DNA of 64,000 nucleotides, taken from the IMG/VR virus record IMGVR_UViG_3300011890_000001, positions 205,066 to 269,065 of that record, one strand, 5' to 3'. How positions within the stretch are numbered: the stretch's first letter is position 1; each line of letters opens with the position of its first letter. The position numbers were made by a program, and so were the translations under genes. The notes beneath the pieces are model-generated. The model had not been told where the DNA came from. It searched no databases and saw only the letters and a program-made list of their open reading frames with translations. Source of the DNA: a virus (Duplodnaviria > Caudoviricetes). Shown piece by piece: positions 40,867 through 49,970 of the stretch.

Positions 40867-41333
40867 AGGAAGATTTCTTTTTTCCCCGATTGTCTGACAG
40901 TCTGGATCTTTTTGACCAATACCCTTATCTTCGTGGGGTATACATTACCGCTGCCTTCATTACACCAATCAGCGAGTTGAGTAGTTGGGGACACCTGGCG
41001 GAGTTTAAGAGTGAATCCATCAGCGACTACCTCATGTCGGAGTTTTACTCCATGGCCGTGGAGTTCATCGAAAGTCTCTGTGATGGGTGCGATGAGGAAG
41101 AAGTACTCCGCCACCACGAAGTATTCGGCGATGCCTACGCCACGTCAGCCGACCTTTTGTACTGGTCGACCGACGAGTTAGTGCGGCGCATGATCAAGAT
41201 CGAAGAAGGACTAGAGAACCGAAATCCGGATATCTGGGTGCCTGGGAAAATGGCAGTGGAGTGCTTCATGGATAACGAAGGCGATTACCGCCTAGTTTAT
41301 TATCGGTATCGTGAGCTGAGTACTACCCGATGA
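40743..41333 (+). CDS. Hypothetical acidic protein (true start probably near 40860)
   Basis: Open frame coupled to the next gene by an ATGA overlap. Confidence 0.55.
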   Translation: MYPLSNRSVARQHARQKRRQLERPKLDQPADIQGRSIALLVKEDFFFPRLSDSLDLFDQYPYLRGVYITAAFITPISELSSWGHLAEFKSESISDYLMSEFYSMAVEFIESLCDGCDEEEVLRHHEVFGDAYATSADLLYWSTDELVRRMIKIEEGLENRNPDIWVPGKMAVECFMDNEGDYRLVYYRYRELSTTR

Positions 41334-41755
41334 GCGTATGCTACTTACTCCGGTTCGAGTACGCGAGGTTCTTTAACGACTCCTCGCTGCCCATAATTGA
41401 GCGCTGTGGGTTAACCGACGCCAGGGCGATTGAACTGGCCCTTGAACATTGGGACACGTTACAGCATTCGTCCTCCACCGCATACGACCTGATCTTGGAC
41501 GACATCATTGATCGGGCAGAAAGTAGGAACGAGAACGAGCTCCGTCAGACCGACATTGCTTTCATCGAGGATGCGGGCGACGTACTGGTGGGTCTAATCA
41601 GCGCCATCCACTCCTACTTCTGGATTCAGCTGGATCCGCTTCCAACGCTCTGGGCTAAAAACGCCATTGAGAATTGCGAGTGGACGTTCATCAAGGTACT
41701 CAAAGTCCTCCCCAGTGCCGATACGGTAATTCTCCGTGTTACATGTCAAAATTAA
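41330..41755 (+). CDS. Hypothetical protein
   Basis: ATGA overlap, 141 aa, followed by a hairpin. Confidence 0.6.
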   Translation: MSVCYLLRFEYARFFNDSSLPIIERCGLTDARAIELALEHWDTLQHSSSTAYDLILDDIIDRAESRNENELRQTDIAFIEDAGDVLVGLISAIHSYFWIQLDPLPTLWAKNAIENCEWTFIKVLKVLPSADTVILRVTCQN

Positions 41756-41787
41756 AGCCCCCCGCTTCGGCGGGGGTTTATGCCGCC
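41754..41787 (+). terminator. Stem-loop followed by TTTATGCCGCC
   Basis: gcccccgc-ttcg-gcgggggt. Confidence 0.7.
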
Positions 41788-41899
41788 ATGCCCCTGAGCG
41801 TCGCTGTGGGCCTCGTCTGTCTAATTATACGGCGATGGTACATCTATGTAGCTGAACGCTCCTCAGGAGCCCGTACAGGGCCAATCAAAAATGAGGTAA

Positions 41900-42253
41900 G
41901 TGAAAATGGTCACCGAGTTCATCATCAATATCTCCGATCTGGTCGACGTGCTGAAAGAGCAGGTCGATGAGTGTCTAAAGGTCAACCAACACGTCGGTGG
42001 AGATTTCAACGCCGACGTTATCGTCGCGTGCTGGTTGTCCTTGACGCTGGCCGACAACGATATTCGCACGGAGTTTAACCGCCCGGCAATGAGATGGGAG
42101 ACCTACAGCTGTATCCTGAACATCAAAAACGACTACGCGTCCCGACTGGTTAGCGAAATCGTTGTTCCTCCGATTCTTGATGTTTTCCCGAGCGGCACGT
42201 GGCTGATTGCGCAGATGCGCGTTGACGGCCGCAATCTCTACTTGAAATTTTAA
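41900..42253 (+). CDS. Hypothetical protein
   Basis: GAGGT RBS, ~116 aa. Confidence 0.6.
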   Translation: MKMVTEFIINISDLVDVLKEQVDECLKVNQHVGGDFNADVIVACWLSLTLADNDIRTEFNRPAMRWETYSCILNIKNDYASRLVSEIVVPPILDVFPSGTWLIAQMRVDGRNLYLKF

Positions 42254-42269
42254 TAGAACGAGTACTAAA

Positions 42270-42989
42270 ATGTCCATTGTCAAATTCGGTAATCCCGTCG
42301 TCCTCATTCCGGGGAAGGAACTCTACGAGCACGTCAACGTTGGGTTTACCTGCCTGGCTCAGGACATCGATCATCTGACCATGGGGGCCGCCGCCCGAGA
42401 TCACCTCAAGTCCGCAATTCAAGTTGGTGAGCTCGAAAATCCGACCAGACATCGTGATGAGTTTGTTCGCGATTTCCTGACCGCAGCGCTGCTGGATACC
42501 ATGGAAGCAAACAGTAGTTGGGTTAAGTTGCATGGAAGTCAGGATCGCGTGGGTAGTGGTATCTGGAGCTATTTTGAGCTGGAGCACCTGGACAGCGAAA
42601 CGGCCGACGAGGTCGCCATAACTGCGATAAAGTATCTGATCGGAAACAACGTCAACGAACTGCTGTGTCAATACGCCATTGCGATTGACGGCGGTCACGA
42701 GAACTGGCGCGTGTGGGGCGTTCGTCCCCTGGGTGCTGATTTCATCATCGAAGACATCGGCGACTACCGTGTGATCGACTGGATGCGTCAGCGCGAACTG
42801 AAGAACGAAAAAGCCTTGGAGCGTGCCGAGACGGGCGAGACAGCCGAAGTAGTTGACGAAGATCAGCGCTTCATCGAGCTGCTGCGCAAGGTACAGTTTT
42901 CCGACAAACCTTTGATCGACTCCAACCTGTCGCGACTGTCGGCAGCAACTCTGAAGAAAAAGCGGGTGAATCGTGGCAGTCGCGGATAA
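42270..42989 (+). CDS. Conserved chimallivirus hypothetical protein
   Basis: 239 aa with the W.VW....G...IED.GDYR..DW motif. Confidence 0.65.
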   Translation: MSIVKFGNPVVLIPGKELYEHVNVGFTCLAQDIDHLTMGAAARDHLKSAIQVGELENPTRHRDEFVRDFLTAALLDTMEANSSWVKLHGSQDRVGSGIWSYFELEHLDSETADEVAITAIKYLIGNNVNELLCQYAIAIDGGHENWRVWGVRPLGADFIIEDIGDYRVIDWMRQRELKNEKALERAETGETAEVVDEDQRFIELLRKVQFSDKPLIDSNLSRLSAATLKKKRVNRGSRG

Positions 42990-43368
42990 AGATCGCTACA
43001 CTCCAAAGAACGGGCGACGGTCGGTGATCCTCGCCCTTAACGATATCGACGTGGCCGTTGAGAAAGCTCTCACCGTCCGCATGGGTCAAGCCGGCACTGT
43101 CATTCCACGACTGCCGATTATTGAAATCCTGCTGGATGAGTTCTTCTACGGGGTGTCCCTTGGAAAGACGCTTACGGAGGAACTCCAGTTCTATCGGATT
43201 CCGAGTGACGTTTTACTCGACCTCCGTAGCGAGCTGCGTTCATCGGTGGGCAGGCAGATTGACTCGGCGCTGTGCGGCATTCGCCCGTATGCCCACTACA
43301 GTTTCAAGGTCGTGCGCGGTACGGTGGTGCTGACCGAGTTGGTCAATATCCGTCAGCTGGATAACTAA
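42973..43368 (+). CDS. Hypothetical protein
   Basis: Overlapping operon gene, 131 aa. Confidence 0.6.
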   Translation: MAVADKDRYTPKNGRRSVILALNDIDVAVEKALTVRMGQAGTVIPRLPIIEILLDEFFYGVSLGKTLTEELQFYRIPSDVLLDLRSELRSSVGRQIDSALCGIRPYAHYSFKVVRGTVVLTELVNIRQLDN

Positions 43369-43381
43369 CGAAGGAGGTCAT

Positions 43382-43804
43382 GTGGCGAGGTACATTCTAG
43401 ATATCGTTGAGGTAGTCGAATTCCTCGACACGCGACTGGACATCCTACGTGACCTTGGTTTCAGTAAGAGTAGCATCATTGTTCGCGCGTTTGGGCCAAT
43501 GTTGCTCTCGATCCAACGTGAACCACCTAGTGGGTTTTCACGGATGCAGGCCGGTCGTGTGTATTCAGGGTGGCCCTGCCCGGCCACCGAAATAACCGAA
43601 GTCATTAATCGACACTTAGAAAGTCGACGTTCGCATCATCTGGTGCGTGTCCGACCTTCCGATCCAGAGGTGGGTGAAATCATCCGGATAATTTCTGATA
43701 CGTCGGTATTATTGGGAGAGGCAGTGCTGCGTCAAATCGGAACCCTGCCACCCCATGCTGTGGCGCACGTCGTGCTAGCCAACGGCCTAATTATCACTGT
43801 TTGA
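43382..43804 (+). CDS. Hypothetical protein
   Basis: AAGGAGG RBS, 140 aa. Confidence 0.6.
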   Translation: MARYILDIVEVVEFLDTRLDILRDLGFSKSSIIVRAFGPMLLSIQREPPSGFSRMQAGRVYSGWPCPATEITEVINRHLESRRSHHLVRVRPSDPEVGEIIRIISDTSVLLGEAVLRQIGTLPPHAVAHVVLANGLIITV

Positions 43805-43813
43805 GGATTATCC

Positions 43814-44188
43814 ATGTCAATCGATTCTAAGTTCCCACGTCGCCTGTTGCTGCCTGGGCTCCTGCCCGAAGAGCGCGTGCTGGCACCTATCGCGGGTGAA
43901 ATCGTCGAACAGGTCTACCGTCATCCGAATATCTACAACGATTCCTACGGTGCCAAACACGAGCTCGAAAATACCGTCGCGGCGATGATCGATGTGGAGC
44001 GCGAGCTGGACTTCGAAGAGTACATCGCCGTGTTGAAGAAGGTGACCGACCTGGCAATTTCCTTTGCCGAGCGGTACCAGGTGTTGATGACATCCCTACC
44101 GCCTGCAATGCGCAGTGAGTGTACCATGATCTTCGAACGACTGGTCGGTCAAGACATGTTGGTGCGCATCGTACCGCCGGAGAACTAA
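43814..44188 (+). CDS. Hypothetical protein
   Basis: GAGG RBS, 124 aa. Confidence 0.65.
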   Translation: MSIDSKFPRRLLLPGLLPEERVLAPIAGEIVEQVYRHPNIYNDSYGAKHELENTVAAMIDVERELDFEEYIAVLKKVTDLAISFAERYQVLMTSLPPAMRSECTMIFERLVGQDMLVRIVPPEN

Positions 44189-44193
44189 AACCT

Positions 44194-44694
44194 ATGGATC
44201 GTGAACTGACGCGCGTCTGGCGCCCTGACGGGAAACGCGGACTGAAACATGTCCGCGTGATCTTGCCGTTCAGCGAAATCATGTCCGAGTTGGAAACCTC
44301 CTCCGTTTTCTTGGAGGAGATGTCGGGCATGGGCGCCAAGGAACTGGTGGAGTACTTCCTGACCAGTTGGGAGCGCGCTATTGACGAACCTACCGGTAAG
44401 GTCGATTGCGATAACCCCGACGAATGGCGCATGCGCAATATTCGACTGATGGCGCTGGACATCCTGATGGCCAATTTGGAGAAACTGCCGCCCGGTCAAA
44501 CGGACCGCGTGCAAAAGCATCGGGAATGGGAGATTGGGTTCCGACACGTTTGGAATCTGCTGTCCAGTGAAATCATCATCATGGTCAACACCATCGCTAA
44601 CAATCCAAGCGACATTCTACCGGAGGTAAAGTTCTATGGGTGGATCGGTAACGATTTGGTCCTCGAACTCCCTGGGCGCTACCTGGGCCAGTGA
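44194..44694 (+). CDS. Hypothetical protein
   Basis: ATG 44194 after a GGAG RBS, 166 aa. Confidence 0.6.
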   Translation: MDRELTRVWRPDGKRGLKHVRVILPFSEIMSELETSSVFLEEMSGMGAKELVEYFLTSWERAIDEPTGKVDCDNPDEWRMRNIRLMALDILMANLEKLPPGQTDRVQKHREWEIGFRHVWNLLSSEIIIMVNTIANNPSDILPEVKFYGWIGNDLVLELPGRYLGQ

Positions 44695-45115
44695 GAGATT
44701 GCGGTATTATCCAACCCCTCTGTCAAACCTTTACTGTGATGCACCCTGGTGCGTCGTCAGGCAGATGCCCCTACTGCCGTCGTTGTTTGTAGCCGAGTGC
44801 TGGCAGGCGTTCTTGGATAACCCACTGAGGAATCAACGAGAGCGTTACGTGACCGCTGCGCTGGATCGTGTAGCCTATCACTGCGATCGTAAGATGTCCT
44901 TCAGGGAGATCAGATATCGCCTGTCGCCGACCATCCTGGTGCTCTACTCCACCCTCGGGAAAATCTACGACGACCTCACGTCCCGCCAAGTCGGCGTAAA
45001 TGAGGTGTCCATTCAAGTCGAGGCAGAATACATCTGCGTGGATTTCCTCAAGTTCGTAGAAGCGTTTCCACATTTACCGGAGGTTACGAGTGAGTCGAAA
45101 AACACTCATCTTTGA
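44636..45115 (+). CDS. Hypothetical protein (start uncertain, possibly TTG 44699)
   Basis: Fills the operon gap on the same strand. Confidence 0.45.
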   Translation: MGGSVTIWSSNSLGATWASERLRYYPTPLSNLYCDAPWCVVRQMPLLPSLFVAECWQAFLDNPLRNQRERYVTAALDRVAYHCDRKMSFREIRYRLSPTILVLYSTLGKIYDDLTSRQVGVNEVSIQVEAEYICVDFLKFVEAFPHLPEVTSESKNTHL

Positions 45116-45470
45116 TGGGTCGACGATTCTGGGGCGCGGTAAGCGCATGCTGTTGGGTATGGCCAACGCATGTGATGACGAGATGGCATATGGGCATGCG
45201 GTCGTGGACGCCCTGATGATGGGAAACGATCGCAGCCGTCTTGCGTCCATTGTGCAACGCCTAGTCCGTAGACTTCCCGCCGGTCAGATGCCCACCGACC
45301 AGATCGAAACAGCACTGCATGACGATATCCGCACAGCCATTGACGCCGTGTGCTTTAGTGCGGATGAACTAAAGATGATGCTGAACCGCGCCAATATCGA
45401 CTGGCAGGGAAAACGTCTACGTTTCGGCGGTTGGATCAGGGCAGACTTTTATGTCCTCATGGAAGACTAA
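45090..45470 (+). CDS. Hypothetical protein
   Basis: GGAGG RBS, 126 aa. Confidence 0.6.
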   Translation: MSRKTLIFDGSTILGRGKRMLLGMANACDDEMAYGHAVVDALMMGNDRSRLASIVQRLVRRLPAGQMPTDQIETALHDDIRTAIDAVCFSADELKMMLNRANIDWQGKRLRFGGWIRADFYVLMED

Positions 45471-45500
45471 ATGCTATGATCCCTTTGACGGTACTTTCTA

Positions 45501-45929
45501 ATGCTCATCTCTAGCCAAATCACCCTTGGTTCGATCGTTTCATTCGATCTCTATCCGGCGCAAGTCTTCGGCACTTCGATCAAGCGTGTCAAGGTGCTGG
45601 GTATTGTCAGTGCGGCCATTGCACAGTCGGCAGGGTTCGATGCTCCTGCCTACCACACGATGGTTTTCCCGACACTGCCTGCCGGCACGCCCAATCGTTA
45701 TAACGGGTATGACTACCTCTGCTACGAAAAGCTGGACTCCAGTTCAGCCAGCCCGAACGAGCGTGTTGGTTATATCGGTCTGCCCTGGATCCGCGAAGAA
45801 ACCTTCCAGGTACACCAGAACACCACGCTCCGCTTCACTTTTGAGGACGTCACTCCGGAGGCCCAGAACCTCATCGCGCTCGCAGTAGCCGGTGTCGGTT
45901 TTACTCCTGATTTGGTCGAAGTCCTTTGA
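45501..45929 (+). CDS. Conserved chimallivirus protein (gp49-like position)
   Basis: SFDLYP, H..VFP.LP.GTP, IG.PWI motifs; precedes the DNA polymerase. Confidence 0.6.
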   Translation: MLISSQITLGSIVSFDLYPAQVFGTSIKRVKVLGIVSAAIAQSAGFDAPAYHTMVFPTLPAGTPNRYNGYDYLCYEKLDSSSASPNERVGYIGLPWIREETFQVHQNTTLRFTFEDVTPEAQNLIALAVAGVGFTPDLVEVL

Positions 45930-45972
45930 CGCCTGATGTTTTTTCTTACTACAGTACTAATTCTGTGGTAGA

Positions 45973-46145
45973 TGCCGGCGGGCGTTCTCCAAGATAATCA
46001 CGACCGTAGTCGGCGGACGGTGTCGTGGTTTAGCTGTTGGCGATGGTTCTCGATTCCCCAAACCAACAGCGACCTTGTCGATGTGCGCATTCGGTAATCC
46101 GGCCATGACCGGGCGCACCGAACTTAAGTGCAGCACTCGACGGCG
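45973..46145 (+). ncRNA. Candidate structured non-coding RNA
   Basis: Three internal hairpins enclosed by a terminal stem, followed by a strong terminator; no credible ORF. Confidence 0.4.
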
Positions 46146-46194
46146 AGGGAGGGCTCCGAAAGGAGCCCTCCCTTTATGCCGCCTTTTTTTTTTT
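46146..46194 (+). terminator. Intrinsic terminator
   Basis: agggagggctcc-gaaa-ggagccctccct, then tttatgccgcc and a long T run. Confidence 0.85.
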
Positions 46195-46267
46195 GCCGAC
46201 TTCAAACTTTACACGGTCGAGCTTATCTATAAGTCCCTCGGGATCGTCAAACAGGAAAGCGTGAACC

Positions 46268-48529
46268 ATGGATCATTTTGTTAATCCGTCAACTGAGTAC
46301 CGCCGCCAATACAACCTGACGGATACATACCTGCATGACGCCGCCCGCTATCTCAGCACCATGCGCGATATCTCCTTCGAGGAAGCGCTGGCTGAAGTGA
46401 AGGCCATTACCTCCGAACCTGAGTACGCGCTCAAAGATCCGGAAGTACTGGCCCTGTACCGCGGTGAGAACGGTGATCGTACCCAAACGGTAACTACCTT
46501 TAATGGTTTCATCAATGACGTCTTTGACGGCAGCGAAATGCTCGCGCCGAATCTGACGTCTTTCGTACCGCCGGAAAAGGAAGTATCCCTTCTGGCGTTG
46601 TACATTGACGGCAACTTGACACTGCGCAAGAAGGCCAAGCACCAGATGTTCACGTACAAAATGGCGGGTGACGACGCCATGGCGAACATCTACAACTCGA
46701 TGCAGACGACGTACAAGATCAAGAACAATGCGCTGTCGGGTGCACACAGTTCCCCTTATACGCCGCTGTGGAACAAGTCGAGTCATAGCACCCTGACCTC
46801 CACCTGCCGTGTGGCTACTTCCTACGGCAATGCCAATAATGAGAAGTTCCTTTACGGGAATCGTCATTACTACACTCCAGACATTGCAAGACAAAACATC
46901 ATTTCGATCGTCAACCACAGCGATCTGGAGAAGATGTCTGAAGTCATGTTGAAGTACGGGCTGGTTCCGCCCAATGACGGCCACTTGCGTCAGCTGTTGG
47001 TGCGCTGCACCGAAAATTACTGGAACGATATCAAGGAGATGGATCGCCTTGTGGAGCTCGTCAGTCGACTCACTCCGATGGAAAAGGCGGCTTTCGCTTA
47101 CACCTCCGACCTCTACCATCTGTCAGTTGTCAACGACGGATTCGTTCGTGAGTTCCTGGGGCGACTGTCTAAACACGTCTCCGAACCGCTCCCGCTTGAA
47201 GAGGCGGACGTGTGGGTAAAGAAGATGGACGGCAACATGGAGGCCTTCATCTTCATGCTTTGCTCTAAGGAACTGGCAGGTGGTACGATGTCCGATGCCC
47301 TGGGGGATAAGTCCAACCAGAAGCTTCGTGACGTTCGTCCGGCAGACTACGGCCGCATTGCTGCGACCGCCAAGAACGCCATCGAAACCCTGGACCATTA
47401 CGCTGACTTCATCCGTACGTTCTGGGTGACGGATAACCTGCCATCCTCGGTGTTCTCACTGCCGAGTATTGTCCGTAAGTCCGCTGTAACCTCCGATACT
47501 GACTCGACCATCTTCACCGTGCAGCACTGGACCACCTGGTATCGTGGTCAATTGGACTTCAGTAAGGAATCCGAAGACATTGCCTCGACCATGTTCTATT
47601 TGGCAGGTCAGCTGATTCGACATATCCTCGCCACTACGTCCGGTACCATGGGCGTTTCGACTAAGCACGTTAATCGCTTGTCGATGAAGAACGAGTACTA
47701 CTTCCCGGTGTTCAGCCTGACCAGCCGAGCCAAGCACTATTACGCCTTCCGTGCAGCACAGGAAGGTAACGTGCTGAAGGAACTCGAACTGGAAGTGAAG
47801 GGTGTGGCTCTGCGCAGTTCGAAGGTACCGCCGAGCATTACGGCCCGCGCGCACGAACTCATCAAGTTCATCATGCGTGAGGTCATGGCTGGTCGAAAGC
47901 TGAAGTTGCGTGAACTGCTAGCCTTCGTTGGCGAGACTGAGGAGATGATCATCAAGGGTGTCTTTGATGGTAAATCCGAACTGCTGTCGCGCGTACAGGT
48001 CAAGGAAGCAGCAGCCTATAAGGTGCCCGAGTCCTCACCGCTTGTCCATTACGACATGTGGGAAACTGTATTTGCTCCCAACTACGGCAATGCTCCGTCT
48101 CCGCCGTACGGTGCCGTCAAGGTGCCCGTGGATCTGGGTAACAAGCGATCCGTGCGTAAATGGTTGGACACCATGGACAGCCCTGCTATCTCCGACCGCA
48201 TGGAGAAGTGGATGGAGGCCAAGGGTAAGGATGGCTTCAGCATGATGATCCTTCCTGACGAAGTGATGTCCGTCCACGGTATCCCACGCGAAATCCAACA
48301 GATCGTTAACATCCGCCCGCACGTTGCGGAAATGATGGAGTCGTTCTACCTCATTCTGGAATCAGTGGGGTATTTCTTGCGTAATGCAAATAACACCCGC
48401 CTGGTCTCTGATGAGAAGGATGCCTACGCAGGTGTTAAGATTCCGGAAGCGTTGCGTAAAGCGACGAATAAGGATAACCTTACCCCGGGAGATCTGGAGC
48501 TGGAAGACGAGGAAGAGGAAGAGATGTAA
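46268..48529 (+). CDS. Divergent family-B DNA polymerase, polymerase part (phiKZ gp50-like)
   Basis: K..NNALSG (motif B), SDTDSTIF (motif C), MKNEYYF, KHY, LEVKGV; acidic C-terminal tail. Confidence 0.88.
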   Translation: MDHFVNPSTEYRRQYNLTDTYLHDAARYLSTMRDISFEEALAEVKAITSEPEYALKDPEVLALYRGENGDRTQTVTTFNGFINDVFDGSEMLAPNLTSFVPPEKEVSLLALYIDGNLTLRKKAKHQMFTYKMAGDDAMANIYNSMQTTYKIKNNALSGAHSSPYTPLWNKSSHSTLTSTCRVATSYGNANNEKFLYGNRHYYTPDIARQNIISIVNHSDLEKMSEVMLKYGLVPPNDGHLRQLLVRCTENYWNDIKEMDRLVELVSRLTPMEKAAFAYTSDLYHLSVVNDGFVREFLGRLSKHVSEPLPLEEADVWVKKMDGNMEAFIFMLCSKELAGGTMSDALGDKSNQKLRDVRPADYGRIAATAKNAIETLDHYADFIRTFWVTDNLPSSVFSLPSIVRKSAVTSDTDSTIFTVQHWTTWYRGQLDFSKESEDIASTMFYLAGQLIRHILATTSGTMGVSTKHVNRLSMKNEYYFPVFSLTSRAKHYYAFRAAQEGNVLKELELEVKGVALRSSKVPPSITARAHELIKFIMREVMAGRKLKLRELLAFVGETEEMIIKGVFDGKSELLSRVQVKEAAAYKVPESSPLVHYDMWETVFAPNYGNAPSPPYGAVKVPVDLGNKRSVRKWLDTMDSPAISDRMEKWMEAKGKDGFSMMILPDEVMSVHGIPREIQQIVNIRPHVAEMMESFYLILESVGYFLRNANNTRLVSDEKDAYAGVKIPEALRKATNKDNLTPGDLELEDEEEEEM

Positions 48530-48543
48530 GTTCGACGACATAA

Positions 48544-48584
48544 GCGCAGCAGCCGAGCCCCTGGGGCTCGGCTGCTGCGCTGCT
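48544..48584. terminator. Bidirectional terminator
   Basis: gcgcagcagccgagccc/gggctcggctgctgcgc between convergent genes. Confidence 0.8.
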
Positions 48585-48585
48585 G

Positions 48586-49671
48586 TTACAGCAAAGGTCG
48601 AATACCTTGATTGATTCTGACGGTGACCGCATTGTAGAGATCCGACGGCAGTCGGCTCACCAACGCCCTATTGCTGTCCAAGTAATCCAGCTGGCGGCTG
48701 AGGTAGTTGAGGTACTTGCCGTTGACTTGATTGTCGGTTTCGTGGTTGTAGTTTACTAGCCACTCAACCCAATCCAACCGGGCCATCAGTACAGCCCATT
48801 GTAGTTGAACCGTGTACGCCATTTCCGGCAACCGCAGGACGTGGTGCATGTTCTCGGCAAACACAGTCGGGATGTTCTGAATGGTAGTATCGAACGTCCA
48901 ACGGCGATTCTGTCCGTAATAGAGAAAGCGCTCCATTACGCGATCAACCTCATTTTCCCAGTTAGTGATGAAGAACGTATGCTTGTAGTCCTCACGAACA
49001 TTGGGTGCGCGGTTGTAGATATTGAGCATCCGATTAAACAGCGCGATGTCCACATAGCTATCCAGCATGTTGGGGATAGCGTACATCTGAAGGAACTGTC
49101 CGATGTTCTGGGGTGAGTCATCTACGATGTTTTGCGATTTTCTCCACTGGCGGTACTGTACCGCCAGCATGGGAATGTTGACCGTAATGACAGAAACGCC
49201 CGGAGTCTTCGCTTTATAGATACCATCGGCCAGCGGATAAGTCAGGGAGCTCATTGGATGCCAGAGATACCGGATCGGCGAAAGTTCTTGCCAATTCGTC
49301 TCAGCCTGAGAAACGTCCCAGTCGTCACTGGTAGCAACTAGAATCTCGTTAGAACTGGAGCCTAGAAAAGCACCAGGTTGCCAGAGCTTGCCGCGACTCA
49401 TCGCTGATGTCATTTGTAGCGACTGTGTAAAAAGCAACGCCTGCGACCCAATGATGTAGTTAAACCGCTCCAAGTCCATTGACGTAGAAATGGGCAGCGA
49501 ATTTACAAGACGGTGCAGGAAGTGCCCACCGATCAACCAGCGGGGATTAGCCCTGCGGTGATCCTTGATCTTTCTGACGGTCTGGCGGATACCGTCTTGA
49601 ATGCGCCTGAACTCTGGGAAGGTGATACCTCCCCCAAAGTTCATTGGCGATTCGTGGATGAGTTGATGCAT
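48586..49671 (-). CDS. Conserved hypothetical protein (gp52-like position)
   Basis: 361 aa, GAGG RBS, between the DNA polymerase and ChmA as in phiKZ. Confidence 0.6.
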   Translation of the reverse strand: MHQLIHESPMNFGGGITFPEFRRIQDGIRQTVRKIKDHRRANPRWLIGGHFLHRLVNSLPISTSMDLERFNYIIGSQALLFTQSLQMTSAMSRGKLWQPGAFLGSSSNEILVATSDDWDVSQAETNWQELSPIRYLWHPMSSLTYPLADGIYKAKTPGVSVITVNIPMLAVQYRQWRKSQNIVDDSPQNIGQFLQMYAIPNMLDSYVDIALFNRMLNIYNRAPNVREDYKHTFFITNWENEVDRVMERFLYYGQNRRWTFDTTIQNIPTVFAENMHHVLRLPEMAYTVQLQWAVLMARLDWVEWLVNYNHETDNQVNGKYLNYLSRQLDYLDSNRALVSRLPSDLYNAVTVRINQGIRPLL

Positions 49672-49868
49672 GGCTTCCTCGATTAAGGTTTTCGGGATCG
49701 AAAGAATTAGTCATAGTATTTCAAGGCTAGAGTCAGGTTGATGTAATTTTTAACTAGACTCGCCTTATCGTGTAGAACTCGTCCCCCGTCGCATCGAAAG
49801 ATGCACGGTTTCATTTGGGATGTATAATTTCCGTCCAGCTGAAGAGCTGGCTTTTGGAAATGGGATTG

Positions 49869-49893
49869 AAAGAAATTTCAAGACCAAACTATA
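49869..49893 (+). promoter_or_regulatory. Putative phage promoter of chmA
   Basis: aaagaaatttcaagaccaaactata; motif shared with other intergenic sites. Confidence 0.5.
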
Positions 49894-49970
49894 ACCCTGG
49901 TAAGTAAGGACTAAATAAAGATCCCTCTGCTACCTAACCACCCCAAAGTTGTATTCAAGGAACAAATCTC

